A stretch of DNA of 64,000 bases, taken from positions 10,540,001 through 10,604,000 of the forward strand of contig CM022670.1 of NCBI GenBank assembly GCA_012295275.1. The letters run 5' to 3'. The stretch's first letter is position 1; each line of letters starts with the position of its first letter. Made by a program: the position numbers and the translations under genes. Of this stretch, positions 41,001 through 56,287 are shown in pieces. This DNA comes from Chrysomallon squamiferum. Lineage: Eukaryota > Animalia > Mollusca. Below the pieces are notes generated by a model, which saw only the letters and a program-made list of their open reading frames with translations, did not search any database and was not told the DNA's origin.

Positions 41001-44000
41001 AATTTTAGATATTTTCTTTTTTTAAATTTATTTATTTATTTATTTATTTATTTTAAATGTTCGACTTAAAGAATATTTTATATAACTGAAATATATAATG
41101 TTGTATTTTACATCAATTTAAAAAAAAATTCAATAAATACACACACCCACATATATATAAATTAATTAAACATTTTTTTTAACAATAGATGTATTTGTTT
41201 TTGAAAAATATAGTTCTTTTTATTATATAAAAGGTACGTATACTGATGAATTTTAAACTGTGTCTTTTTATCTTTTAAAAAAAAAGAGATTTTCTTTAAT
41301 ATATTGTTAAAATATCCAGTTTCTAAATGCAGCCACCTTTTACAGAATATTTTATTTGTAAAGCAATTGTTATTTTACATTTGTTACATGAGTAACTGCT
41401 GTATAGTAATTAATTAGCTTTTCTTCTTATTTCATTTTCTCATCTTGCTGTTGTTTTTTCAGGGAGTTAATTTGTCAGACAAAGATGACAATGAAGATAA
41501 CCTGACTGATCCTTTCAGAAAACTTGATATTAATTTAGATGAGTAAGTAGTTTTGTTAACACAGGGTAATGTTTCTTAATTGTTCCTGTTTTTTTCTTCT
41601 TTTTTTAATTTTTTTTATCCCATTCGTATATATCATATAAAACATTTGTCTCTATTGCATTCTGGAAAATTCATTGACAAATCTGAGTAAAGAAGATAAA
41701 TTATGATGTTAAACAGTTTTTAAACTTTTACCAGTATATCTGTTAAATGTAGTCATGCATGTTTTTTGTTTTTTGGGGTTTTTTTTCTTCATGTTGTGTT
41801 GTTATTTTCAAATAAACAAATCAGATATTTATTTTAAATAATTAGCATTTTATTAAAAACAAAATTTTATACTTTTAGCTTTCATATGTTAATGCATTTT
41901 TAAGAAAAAAAAATTTTTTTTTTTTTTTTCAGCTATAAATTTTATGACTTTAACACCATTTTTTGTGGGTTGTGCTTTAGTAATAATTGTTTTAGATTTC
42001 TTTTGATGTAGACACACACACATTCGTATACATATGTACATTTTTGTTTTTTACCCCCAACATTAGACCTCTGAGGGATGATGAGAAGCTTCCAATACCA
42101 ACACATCACATTGTACCAGAGTCTAGTCAGGACAAAGAACCAGAAGAACAGGAAAAGAAATCCAAAAAGAAACATAAAAAAGAGAAAGACAAAGAGAAAG
42201 AAAAACACAAAAAGAGTGTTAAGGTATCATCTGCCACCAAATACATTCTAGATATTAAGACTTGTGCAGCCATTACACAAGATTTTTTAATTTTTAATAG
42301 GACTTCTTATTTTTGTCTGGTTTCATATTTTTTATTTCTTTTTAATGAATATTAGTTAACAGTAATGGCAGTTCACTTGTCATTACTTGCTACAGAGAAT
42401 CATTTTTCAAATTGAAGTTTTATTGAGGCTTGCTCCATAACCAATTCTCAGTTTCTGACATTTAATTTTTCATTAAGAGAACAAAAGGTTCTTTCATTCA
42501 CACAGATCAGTATATGTTATTTATTTCCACCAGAAAATTATAGTTGGTATAACTATTCTAGAGACAGATGAAAAAAAACAATACTTTTTCAAAAAATACA
42601 TAATATTTCCAATACCAGTTGTATTAATGATTAACAAAAACAAAAAAAAAAAATGTTTTTTTTTAAATAAATATGATAAGATTTATTTCTTCTTCTTCCT
42701 CTTCCTCTTGGGCCATTAATTGTGGGTTTTTTTTATAAATTTGTAGAAGGGAACAAAGGAAAGGAAAAGAAGAAAGTCTGGTCACAAGGAAAAGGAGCAG
42801 CCCAGTTTGCTGCTTGCTGACAGTGGCATGGAAAATGGAATTGAACCAACAGTGAATGAAAGTGGAGATTTTAGCAGTGTTGTGGAAAACCTAGCTCCAT
42901 CAGATAAGGTTAGTGGAAGGCAGTACAACATATTACCATCATCATCATAGTCACTGACATCAGCACCATAGACATGTACCATTCCCATTCGCATTGTTAC
43001 ATCTTCATTATCATAAATCTTAATCAAGAATCATTACTACCACCACCATCATCATCTTTTTATTATTCATAATTATCATCATCTTCAGAAACTTGGCAAA
43101 CAGTGATGACAAATGCCCGATGATATTTTTGATGAAGAGTTTTGTTTGATGTTGTTTCTAATTATTTTTGGAACAGATAAGATAAGAAAATTAAAATATT
43201 GTCTATAGATCAATGATCACTGATCTGTAATATGTAAAAGTTGAGATATCATATCTGTTTCCATCTGAGGAATTAACTTATTAAGAATGTGTTTTTCGTT
43301 TTTTTAAATGTTTTTTTTTATTTCATTTCATTTCATTTTACTTATTTATCCAGATAGACATTGAGTTCTGGTTGTCAAACAGTGATGTGGCAACTCCATC
43401 TCCAACCAAAGAAGTAAAATCAGTTGAAAACCATGTTTCTAACTCACCCGAGGTAACTGTCAATGATGTTCTGTCTACAGAGGAAGATGACAGCGCTAAA
43501 ATATCCGAAGAGGTTTGTTTTATTTTGTTTTCTACATTAAAATAACGTTACCTAATTTACTTTGAATAAACTGCATAGGCATATATATATAATATATTAT
43601 TATATTCTAAATGTAACACATACTTTATTAAACTAAACAGTTTTTATATTTCTTGATTTTTGATTTAACTATCATGATTCATTTAGTAAATCTGATAAAG
43701 TTCCATTATAATATTTATGATTTTCTTTCATGGTTTTTTAGATTTAATTCGTTTTTTTCATTCACTTTAATAAGATACCTCTCTTTTAAATATTATTTTA
43801 TTTTTGTTTGTTTTTGTTCTCTAAATGATTTTCATTTGTTTGATTTATAGACTTTGCTCAAATTCTAATATACTGATAATAAACAGATCAGAATTTATAA
43901 CTGTTAGATAAATTTCTAAGTATATAGGATTTAAGCTTTTAAAATGTGAAAGAACATTTCAGAAATCCAAGAAAAAGAAGAAGGACAAACGATCAAGCAC

Positions 44001-46387
44001 AAAAGATAAAAAGATAAAGAAAGAGAAGAAGAAGAGAGAGAAGGAGAAAAGAAACGAGTATGAAGAGCCAGAAGGAATAACCACTCCATCAAAAGAGAAT
44101 ATTTCTGTGTCTCAGATGGGCACCCCCATGGAAACAAAACTACCTGTTAGTTGCTGTTATTTTATTTTTATTATTATTAAAACTACTAACATTCGTTGCA
44201 GTAGCAGCATTACTTTTGTTGTAATAATAATCATAATAATTCTCATTTTATTTTATTTTTTATTATTATTATTATTTATTTTATTTTTTATTTTTTATTT
44301 TTTTTATCTTTTTAAAGTGGAAAGTTAATTTTGTTTTTTCTGAATGATGTGTGTAATTGACTGAACATAGACATGCCTACATAAAGTAATTTTTGATATA
44401 CGTATTGTTTTCCCTTTCTTTAAGAAGGTAAAAAAAAAAAAATAGATACTGAGCTTATTGAAAATAAAATCCTATTAACACGACACTTTATAACTTTCTT
44501 CCAGCCCATGTCAAGTTACAAACTGTTGGCAGAAAATTCATCAATAAAAATGGTAAATTGTATTTTATTTGACACTTAGAAATTTTAAATAGTGCAGTTC
44601 ATTTTATCAAATATTGTGAATTCAGGATAAAAATATACTTAACATTTCTGGATTTAATGTTTTATATATATATAAAGAATAATATGAAAAAATATTTTAA
44701 AAACTGTTTCTAAGTGTTAACCATATGTTATTAATATAAAGCATCTAAATAATATTTCCTACATGTGGCTCTAAAGTTTTCTTTCCTTTATTGTTTTTGT
44801 ATATTTTTACAAATATGATTTTTTAGACGTATGAGACTCGAGTGACACACCAAAGAAGTGACCAGATAATCGTGTCAATCATTTTCAACAATCTTACTGC
44901 AAATCACGTGAAAGAGATGGAGTTCAATGTGTTGGACACATTGAATACAAAACTTATTAGAGGGGTATGTGTTATTTTGTTCTTTTATTCTGTCGAAACT
45001 AAAACATAATGTAATTTTTGATTAAATGATCATTAATTTAAGAAAAAACAAATAATAATATTTTAAATATAGTTTTTATTTCCATGTCTAAAATTAATGT
45101 TCAGATATGTGTTTTTATTTTTAATACAATATGTAATGAAGAGTGCTGATTAGGTAAACATTAAATTAAATTATAAGATTACTTTTTGGGGTGAAGGGCT
45201 TTTCATAAAATAAGTAACAAAAAATTTCCCTTTTGTAATGCACACCTATTTCATCTTTGTTTGGTTTTTTTCTTTAAAATCTTTATTCATATTAGATATT
45301 TCATCTGCCCAAATTGCTTCTTCTTCTTTTTTTTTTCTTTAAAAAAAAAAAAAAAAAAAAAAAAATGACATAAGATTATATTTTATTTCTTATTTAACCC
45401 AGATGGGACAGAGTCATCACGATGCTGTCAAAGTTCCTTTTACTCTGCTTCCTGGCTCTCAAAACGAGGGACAGTTTGCGTTTTCTGTAGACAGCATCAC
45501 CATGCCTCAGAAGATGCGTGGCACACTGACATACATTGTGAAGGTATTTGTTGCTGCATTCACTTCATTAATACAATTATTATTATTACTACTGTTATTA
45601 CTACTAATGCTACTATTCTTATATTTTACATATACCTAATCATTACATTTTCTCATAATTTTAAGCACTGATGTATGATTTACATTGTAAAGATTCAGTT
45701 CTTCCATGTTTTTCACTGCTGATTTATTAATTTGTGGTGTAGTGTCATTAAATAACAGTTAATTAATTCGTTCATTTATTAAATATTTTTTATTATTGTT
45801 ACGCTTAACGGTCTTTATTATTAATAATGCTTATTGAAGCTAAACAGTTATTCAAATTATTTTTTTATAGTCTGAAGACGGTTCTACGCATGACAAACTG
45901 GATTTTAAAATTCACTTACCTTGCAGCTGTTATCTTATTACAACACCGTGCAAGAGGTTTGTTCAGTTTAATATTTCTTTATAATGCATACATATTCGTT
46001 TTTTCTCTTCTCCAGATAATAATTCTTAACATTTGTTTAATTAATCAGCCATTTGAGATATGCTCATATCGACTGATAGAAAATAAATGAGAAAAAAAAA
46101 GACATTCAGAAAATTAAGTTTGCAGAAAAGTACCTTTAAATCTGAGTAATTAGCTTAGCATAAAGGTATGTCTGACCATTTCAAGATGGTGTAGCCTATG
46201 CAAATTTGTTCATAAATGTAAATTTTAATTAAAACAAATGTTTGTGTTTTAGAACAGAATTTCATTAATAATATTTTTATAATAAATGTTTTTCATTTCT
46301 GTTATGACTTTTATTATTATTAATTTTGTTTTTATTAGTATTTTTATTTTTTTATTTTTTTTTTATTGAATATTTATAATTTATTTA

Positions 46388-46418
<31 letters not shown>

Positions 46419-47073
46419 AATTATGTTATCTGTGTTGTAATTTTCTCAGCGCTGACTTCACCAAATTGTTAGAGAGTGGGGACTTGTCTGCTAAAAGTTC
46501 AGTAAACCTTACACCAGTAGACACAGAGTTTTCTCACATCATAGCCAAGTTGTGTTTCTTCCTTCATTTCAGACGTGAGTAACCTTTTTCATGCTTTCTA
46601 TAAAAGAAAATTTTACACACATTCTTGTAACAGGATTCTTTTGTAATCACCAGAGAACTCTGTTGTAGTAATACAGCCACATAGAAATTATTTTCAATCA
46701 CTTTTGTTGCTAACCTTTTTTGATGAGTATCTGAATTGTTTGTTGTTGTTTTTAGGGTTTTTTTTCAAATGAAGTTACTGGTCATAAAATATAATAATAA
46801 TAATATAATTGCTGTTTATTTTAAAAGTGTTTATTTTTTTTTGGAGTGGGATCTAGGATTTTTCTTTTTTTTAATAATCATTTTAGAAGAAGCAGATTAG
46901 AATGAAACTGGATGAAAGATGTTAAAGTGTTTCATTCAGAGATTTAAAAAAAAATAAAACAAGAACAGAATAATTCCTTCAAAATATTTACTATTTTTAA
47001 AACGGTTCAAAAAATAAAGAAAATTAAAATCAGTAATTGCAAATTAAATTTAATGTCAAACTAATTTGAAAAC

Positions 47074-47105
<32 letters not shown>

Positions 47106-47452
47106 GGTCAAAAATACAAACTAAAATATTAAAAACAATAATGCTGTAAAAGATAAATTTATTTTGTTTATTTTGAATAATAAATGTCAAAACATGTACA
47201 AATGAAGAAAATTACAAAGCTAATGTTTTGTTTTGCAGTTGTGGAACAAGTTGATAAAAATGCGTCACTGTACAGCAAAACAATACAAGACCATCCTGTG
47301 TGTCTGCTTGTCAAAATGGTCAGTATTCATCATATTGACTCTTAACATTATCATTACTATTTAATTATTATTATGTAATTTAACTGTTTTTATTAACAAC
47401 TGAAACATTACACCAGTAGCAGGTATAATAATATCTATATCTAGCTATCTAT

Positions 47453-47492
<40 letters not shown>

Positions 47493-47984
47493 ATTAGTTT
47501 AATTTTCATGTCCACCCACAAATAGCTCATCAGTTTAATGGTAAGACTGCATGTTAGGAGCAAATTAACAAATTTGAGCCATGGTTTTAATAACCTGAAG
47601 CTAAATCTCTATTGCATCATACACAAGTACTATTTATATTCGGCCCCAATACACTGGCTAGTATATTTTCAGGATTTTGTTCTATATTGAATACTAATCA
47701 ACAAAAAAAAAAAAAAAAAAGAAAAACCATTAAAAAAAAAAAACCTTCCAGTAAACTTTGATTTGGTAAACTAGTTCTTTATTTCATTAATTTTTTTTTT
47801 CTGAAAATTAATTTTATTTCTGGGTTGTTTTTGTTTTTTTGTATCCAATTTTGAACCAAAAAATATTTAAAAATCTACATTTCAGAAAAATGGTTCCCTT
47901 TCGCTGGATGGAAAGAGCACTGAAGGAACACTTTTGTCAAATGTTTTGGACGATGCAAAATGTTTGTTGACAGCGTCTTCTTAA
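25871..47984 (+). CDS. AP3D1: AP-3 complex subunit delta-1 (~1263 aa), 34 coding exons: 25871-25966, 27603-27698, 27939-28019, 28373-28453, 28941-29048, 29377-29506, 30091-30230, 30611-30684, 31726-31775, 33487-33536, 35432-35480, 36092-36237, 36645-36793, 37258-37384, 37849-37952, 38139-38370, 38802-38947, 39268-39366, 39775-39838, 40094-40162, 40334-40412, 40835-40998, 41463-41542, 42067-42223, 42747-42908, 43354-43512, 43963-44145, 44505-44552, 44827-44964, 45403-45543, 45871-45956, 46450-46574, 47239-47318, 47886-47984
   Basis: The N-terminus [88 protein letters not shown] is typical delta-adaptin. Further hallmarks are [74 protein letters not shown], a Lys-rich hinge and an ear domain. 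All phases join into a 3792-nt ORF ending in TAA. Confidence 0.97.
34637..34806. repeat. (TACATA)n hexanucleotide microsatellite in an AP3D1 intron
   Basis: Seen directly; source of the YTYT/ICIC/MYMY ORFs. Confidence 0.95.
35550..35925 (+). mobile_element. Degenerate tRNA-derived SINE with a Meta-like central domain
   Basis: B-box remnant GATATCGATTC (~35556) and ACTGGTTTATCAAAGGCATTGGTATGTGCCCTCCTG...CATATATAAAAGATCCC (~35713-35780), resembling the MetaSINE central domain of molluscan SINEs (matched from memory, not by search). Confidence 0.5.
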
Positions 47985-49682
47985 CACTGTTGTGTCATTT
48001 ATTTATCTGTACAGAACTTGTGATTACAGTTGTGATTTTTCCCCCTAGATGGTGCATCGAATACACTGACAAAGGACTATACATTCTACAAGAATTAATT
48101 CAGTTTGATGGGCCACTGATGGATATACTAAAATTTCTGTTATTTTCCTCATGAATAGAAAATATAAATATGTAAACTTGAAATTTTTAAATGCCTGTGT
48201 TGTTGGAGTTTAAAAAGAACTTGTTTGGCAGTGATACTGCATTCGACAAAATGACTGACCAAAAATAAGGATAATAGATATGTATAAAAAAAAATTAAAA
48301 AAATTAAGAAGAATAATTATGTGAATTCTAATAAATTGTATAAATGTTTGTTAGAAATATCCAACAAATAAAACAAAACCAAAAAAAGGGAAAATTTACA
48401 TAGGAAAACTAAATATTTTAAATATTTTATTTAAGGTTATTACTTTTTCAAAAAAGTACTTTTATTTATAAATGTACTTTTATTTATAAATATTATAACT
48501 GGGAATTATATTGCACTTGCACAAAATATATATCAAAGGTTGTTCTACCAGTATATTTTTATTCTTTATAATTATTATTATTATTCTTTTGTTAATTGTT
48601 CAGAACATAATGGCTGCTGAATAAGAAGAAAACTTACAAAAAGAAAAGTATTTTTTTACAAACCAAAATGACTTTGGGCGATAAATTCTGATAGAAATGA
48701 TGTAAACTGACATTTTAGATTTAAAGCACTTAAAAAAAATGTCACAAATTTACATTTAAATGTATCTTATTCTCAGAAAAAGTAAAAACTCAAAGATGTA
48801 AATCTGCATTGGTGGGACATACATTTACAGGATGTTTTGTAATCTAGTTCAAGTACATCTGTGAATATTTACAAAATGTGACATTCAGGTAAAATATCTT
48901 AATTGACTTCAGACACCCTCAGTTTTGAGCAAATCATCACCCCAGTCTTTATCAAATTAGATTTATAAAATTTATCACAAACAAAACATCAGCTTTTACT
49001 GAAGACATTCTGGTGGATTTTTTCCCAACCTTACACATCACATATTATTTTTACTGTACAGCTCCAAATGACAGATTTGAATTTATGCGTAGAATACATG
49101 TATGTCTTCTTTTCTGAATACAGATTGTAACCTTTACTGTTTAAAGATTCAGTTATGTAAGTGCCATCTCTTTTAGCTTATAGGTAATTCAAGCTGTTCT
49201 TTTATTTACTGAAGCTTTTGGCTAATTTACAGCAAGAATGCAGCAGAATTAAGTATGAATTCTCTTTGTATACTGAGATCTCACTGTGTTTGATTGCCTT
49301 TAATTCAAATGGAACATGGATGTATATTTTTGAAAATAAAATAGATGTTATGACATCTCACATTTCATTTGTGCATATTTTTATGTCGTGTCTCCATGTG
49401 TCAATAAAACTTACACATCACCAATGATTTTATTTTTATTATTATTATTATTTTTTATTTTTTTATTTTTAGTATATATTTGTTTCAGCATTTTTTGTTT
49501 TGTATTTATGGGTTTTTATATCCTTTTTTCTTTGTTTTTTGTTTTACCTTTTTTTTTTTTTTTTTTTTTATTATTATTATTAATTTTTTTTTCTCCTATC
49601 ATTAAAATTGATGTCATTGTATGAATGGGTGTATTTATTTTTTCAAATTAATATCATCTGAAAAAATCATATATTTACTCTT

Positions 49683-49731
<49 letters not shown>

Positions 49732-51729
49732 CTCTGCCCATTGTTGTCTGCAATATTTTGTTTTGTTTTTAAATTATGTTTTTTGTAAAAAAGAAAAACA
49801 TTGCCTTGATGAATATGGTATTTTGATACTGGATTAATCTGATTTTTCTTTTTGTCTTCCTTCAACCGAGTTTCTTTTTCTTAAAAAACAGAAAGAAAAA
49901 AAGAACATTTTCCATTTACATATAGTGTATTATACAAAGTTAAATCCAGTCATTTCTATAAATATAAATATTTTATTTAGGGAAAAAAAAAAAAAAAAAG
50001 TTTAAAGTGATATAATAATAATTAGTGGGGCAAAATGTTGGCTTTTGAGTGTTTCTTTTTAATTGCATGAAAACTTATCATCCCCATTGATTTTTAATAA
50101 GCAGAATGTTAAACTAAAATGTAACTTTATTACAAACTGACTTAAGTATTGCAGGTATTATTTTATTAGATTTTTGTGTAAAAAAAACCTATTGTTTAGC
50201 TTTGTAGCTGCTTTGTGTTTTGCTTATCTTCATTTAATGAAATAGTAGGCTAACAATTTGGTAGAAAAGATTTACTGATAGAGCTTAATTCAGTTATTAG
50301 TATATGTTGTTGTTATAATCAAAACTTCTTTTTTTTTTTTTTTTTTTTTTATAACATTTTAAGTTGATGGCTGGTTTACAAATGTTGAGTGCTGAAGCAA
50401 TATAGACATGTTTTTAAATGACAAAAGGAAATTGTGAAATTGTAATGGGAAAAGTAATCAGATTTATTTTAGACTTCTTTGAAAATAGTATACTCTGAAT
50501 ATTCAAAAAAATGTTGGCTCTCGAATGTTAATTGGCACCTTCTACTTAAAACAGCTTGTGTGTTTGTTACAGGACAGGAAATATTTTCATGAAAATAGAG
50601 TTTAACAAGTTAGACATCCAACAATCTACTTAACAGCATCAGTTGGGTTTGTTTTCATGTCAGTGTTAAATGTACACTTGTTTATTTGTCAAATGTTACC
50701 AGGCAAATGAGGACTGCAAAATGTGGGATTTAATAATAGTAATCTAATAACTTAACAAGCAGATTCCATTTAGAACTTTGTTAATACATACATTACATTG
50801 ATAATCTCAAGATGTTACTTATTAAATTTTTGTGTGTTAAGTGTTACCGGGCATCCGAAAAATAAATGTACAAAATGTGGAATCTTAATAATGGTTATCG
50901 GAGTATAAATTTATTTAATTCTGTGTTTTTTAAGTGGTTCATTAAAGAATTATCAATGATGATCTTCGGGTATGAAGTGTTATATATTCAATGTTATCAG
51001 GGAATTTAAAAAAAATAATAATATTAATAATAAATCATGGAAATTAATAGTAGTAGCCTGAGTATTACCTCATTTCATTTCGTATTTTCTTGGTAGTTCA
51101 GTTAGTGGATTTTGACAAAAGATTTTTACTTTCAAACTCATTCAAGGGATTCAGCATTACTTAGCCTGTGTTTTAGTCTTCACCCAAAAGTGTAATTGTA
51201 AATAAATATGTGGACATTTTTGTTATTAGCTTGTTAAGTGGAAAACTGGACATCTGGACACTGGTCAGACGAAATTGGTGGAGGTTGGTGTATTTGTTAT
51301 GTACACTTGTGATATATGTGTATCATTAATTATTTGTTATGATGTTAGTGACCAGGTATTGTTATGTAAGGTTATTAACACATAAGTGTTAAATTTATGA
51401 GGTGTTGTTAAACAAATATAAATTTTTGTTTGGTTTTGTAAGAAGATGAAATATATTCTAGTAAAAAAAAATGTTAAATTTAAAAACAAACAAAAATTTA
51501 AGTTTATTATATATAACTATAAATGACATGAGTTTAAAGTTTCAAAAATGAGTCTCGATTTCAAATTCAGTACATTCATCAGTTCTTACGTAAATCTTCT
51601 GAAATTGCCTTTAACATTACTATAGTAATTGATAGGATTTATTATTACTATTATTTTATTTATTATTGTTATATTGTTTATTATTATTGTTTTATTATTT
51701 ATTTTTTATTATTATTATGATGAAGATGA

Positions 51730-51790
<61 letters not shown>

Positions 51791-51798
51791 TTATTTTT

Positions 51799-51832
<34 letters not shown>

Positions 51833-52514
51833 TACTATTATTTATTTATTTATTTGACAGAGATACAGAAACGTTTTTGAGGAAATTACTGTGGAAAATA
51901 TAGGCACTTTTTATTGGGATGTTTTCCTTAATTATTATTATATTTTATTTAATTATTATTATATTTTATTTTTATTTATTAATATTGTTATTGTTGTTTC
52001 CTTAATAGATGGGACTGCATGTACATGGTTTTGAATTGTATATTTTCAAATCTTTCACTGAATAAATCTGACTTGGCATTCTGTAGCTCACTTAGTCTTT
52101 GATTCTCTGCACATCATTTTCTGTTTAAATATTTAGTTCACTGGTGAAAATTTGTTTTGTTCATTCTGTCTGCTGGGCATAGTAATTCAATTTTTTTTTT
52201 TTTTTTTTGGTCAGTTTTGAATAATTAATAATGTTTTGTAATTTATTAAAAAAAAAAATTCATTCTGTTTGTCTTTTTGTTTAAACAAGGATCATAATGT
52301 TAGGTTCTGCTGATAACAACTGGTTTTGAAATCCTTTGCACTAAAGCCAACTGTATTGTGTTAAATATATTAAATTTACTGAACTAATTTTACAAATTCT
52401 GTGTATGTTTGTGTATGGAATTTAAAAAGTCTTAAACATTTCTCATAACCCCAAATATGATTTCTATTCAAATTTAGGTTTCTTCTACACTTCTTTTGTT
52501 TTTATTTTAATTTA

Positions 52515-52545
<31 letters not shown>

Positions 52546-53342
52546 TTTTTTAAACTGTCTACAAAATTTAATTATTAATTTGGTCATAATTATTACAACA
52601 TTCTAACAGCCTTTTTTTTCCTTTACTGTTTAAGATATTTTTCTAAACAATGAATTTTATAATTTATTGATATATTAATTTATTTATATATATTTTTTAT
52701 TATTATTATTATTATTATTATTTATTATGTATCATTAAGGGATGTTTGAAATATATTTAAGTCTATTTTCTGTTTATTTTTCTAAATTAAAATCTATATA
52801 GAATACATTTTTCATTTGGTTTGTGTTCCATTTATTATATATATATTGTTTTTTTCTTCTTTTTGTTACTCATGTATGTTGGTGAATGTGATGGTATGTT
52901 AACTTTCTTAAAGAGAAACATTTCTGTTGAATATGTACATTTATAGTGATCATTTTTTAATATATTTATTTAGAGATATGGTTTCTGAAAGTTATTCAAC
53001 TATGTAATTGTTTATTTTTTCTTTTATCTTCTTTTTTTTTTTTTAAATTATTAATATTCTGGGATATTGCTGTTAGTAAATAATCAAATAGTATTTGTTA
53101 AAATTACGATAATTATTTCTGTTACTGTTATTACTTTTCTTTATTTTATTTTAAATTTCTGTTTTATTATTTATTTTTATTTATAAATTTATTTATTTAT
53201 TCATTTATTTGTTTTATTATTTTATTATTATTACCATGTAACAGTAGAAATTTTATGTATTAAATGTTTTAAACTAGTTGTGCAATATGGACATGTAATA
53301 TTCAGTATGTCCAGTAAAAAAAATTGTTATCTGCCACGCATG

Positions 53343-53344
<2 letters not shown>

Positions 53345-53394
<50 letters not shown>
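53345..53394. repeat. (CA)n microsatellite
   Basis: Seen directly. Confidence 0.95.
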
Positions 53395-53395
<1 letters not shown>

Positions 53396-53639
53396 CATAT
53401 GGTTTTCTTCAGGGTAGAAAATTCAAACAAGACGGTTGAGAAAATTAATTAACCAAACAACAACAACAACAAAAGTAATTATTTCTTGGCAGTATTAGAA
53501 AATAAATTTAAAATATGACTTTTGAACTTTGATTTCTTGTTTTCTTGTACTGAAATATGCAGCAGCAAGAACATTTATTTCACGTTTGTGACAAAATCTG
53601 TTTGTTGATTCATTTTAAAAACAATTATGTAATCATGTG

Positions 53640-53725
53640 AACTGTACATGTCAAATGTATTTTAAAACAATAAAGGAGCCAAACTGATTAGTTATTTTTA
53701 ATGTGTATGTTGTTTGTATTCTTCA
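53640..53725 (+). terminator. Candidate distal polyadenylation site of AP3D1
   Basis: AATAAA at 53669-53674 with upstream TGTA motifs and a downstream GT-rich tract (ATGTGTATGTTGTTTGTATT, 53701-); CpG depletion ends just after it. Confidence 0.45.
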
Positions 53726-54413
53726 CTACAAACTGGTATTATTGAAATTATCCTTTGGTAAAGCTAAATTATAAGTTACACGTGAGTTATGCATTATTTT
53801 TGTTATATTACATCATGATATAATTAAAATCGTTTCATACTCCCTTACAAAAACAATGTACGCGGTTATTCAGGGTATAACATGCTAAATTAAATCCTGA
53901 AATATTTTATTTGCCCTTCACAAGACAGTGTTTAACAGTGCCAAATTAGAACAGATATAGGATTATGTTGTACTGAAAGCATACACTTACAAAAAGAAGA
54001 TCATTCATTCTTCATGCAAACAAGATGGTTTTAGTTTGTGTAAAGGCCAAACATATCTGCTCGCGTATTAAATTTTGAAGGTCTTCTGTTTGTTCTGACA
54101 TCTCAAATTTATAACATGATTGTTAAAGGAAATTATTTTATGTAACGAATCTGTGATTGCTGACCATGAGGTGTCAAATTCGTGATACATTTGTTTACAT
54201 GATGTCTGTTAAAATCATTCCATGCTCCCTTATCAGTAGTAGTAGTTGTCTTCAAATACTATGGCGTGAAAAGAGAAAATAACTATTATTTTAAAACAAC
54301 ACATGTATTGTTTTTTTCATTTCTTTCTTTCATTCTTTCTTTTCTTTATATATATATTTATTCCTTTATTTAATTTTACTTTTTTCTTGTAATAGTTATT
54401 TATTTTATTCTTA

Positions 54414-54471
<58 letters not shown>

Positions 54472-56238
54472 ATGTATTGTTGTTGTTGTTGACGTTGTGG
54501 TCATCATCATCATCACTATCGTCATTATGACTGTGTACACAACTATTGCAGTGCTTGTGGCTATGCTAAAGACACCTGCTTTCAAGACTGCAGCCTTTAA
54601 AATCTATTTTGACGTAACTAGTAAATCAATACGCTTTAAAATCAAACAGCCAAAGGTTAACTCTGCAAAATTTACTCTTGTCTTATTTATAAAGATGAAG
54701 GAATTTACGAAGTCATTTGTTAAACTCTTTATGTATTCAGAAATAAACAAGAATTTAACAGTGACCATATACGAAACAGATCAAAGTATTTCGATTCACC
54801 TCCTACGATAAGATAATTTTTATGTCTTAATTTTATATAATTATTTTTTTTATGTCGTTGAAGAAGCCTGAACTTAAACGTTAGTTATCAGTCCATTTTA
54901 TATATACATTGATTTATTTATTAACATAAATAATAATAATAAAAATGATCAGGCACTGAATATGTATAATAATTCTATTGTTTAAATTAATGCATAGCTA
55001 ACTTTCTGTCTCTATTTCTGCCTACATGTTACCTAAATACATCCATACAGTTATTTATAGATAATGTCGGACCACGTATGCATTATATGCGAACAGATTT
55101 ACATATACAACCTCCCCTACAGACAGTAAAATATAATGATAGATTCTAAAATTAAATAAAACTGTTTAAAATCTAACAAAGATTAATTTTGCATTCTTTT
55201 GTATACGATCTGCCCATTGTTCACCAGGTCATGACGATAAATGTTACAAATGACGTACACAGGTTAGTCATTGTTTCCATTTTAAATAAAGAAATTTCTT
55301 TCTTTTTTTTAAATAATAAAATACTATAAAGGTATTCCACCAAAGATAACTTTTAATTTATACTACAGCTACATCGGTTTTATGTGTTTTATGAAAACGC
55401 TTAATTTACAGCCGCACAATGTTAGATTCGTGTTATTTGATCTTTGGTCCGTTTTGTGAAAAAAAAAAGGTTAATAATAGAGTCACGTACGTACAATCTA
55501 TATAAGTTTCATTACACTTCTAAAAAAAAATATTTAAAAAATAATACTAAAAAAACAATATATATAGGGATGTTTTGTTTTTCCTTTTTTTAAATTTATT
55601 GTATTTACTTTTTCTTCTTCTTGTTTTATTTTTTTTTATTTTTTTTTATTTTTTTATTATTATTATTATTATTTTATTATTATTATTATATTTATTTATT
55701 TATTTATTTATTATTATTATTTTATTTTTATTATTATTATTATTTTTTTTTTTTTATCTGAATCAGTAATTTATTCACTGACCAAAATGTGTATAATTAA
55801 AATATTCGTAATCGTTTACGGTCTACACGGGAAATAACCACTATTAAAATACTATTAAAAAGTAACACGTGACTTTTTCATTCAGGAGTTTCCACGTAAT
55901 CATCTCATACAGTAAGTAAGGATCTGATATCGTGCTAGTCGTTTGTCTAGATGTTCCCCGTGGACAGGACGGAAAAAAACTAACATGTATCGCTTCAGGA
56001 GGTTTGCTAAATAAATCATCCACAACGGTCTCTGCCCATTTGTATGTGGTTTATTAAACAAACAGAAGAATTTACTTTTCTTATCGTACATTACTGTATC
56101 TTTCAAATGTCTTTAAAGTTTATATTACTAAAGTTTATATTACTAAGTTTATATTACAACTATGTGTTGTTGTTTAAAAAAAATAAAAAAAAAAAAAAAT
56201 TAACTGTCAATCCTCTCTCTCTGTTACTTTAATAATTA

Positions 56239-56287
<49 letters not shown>

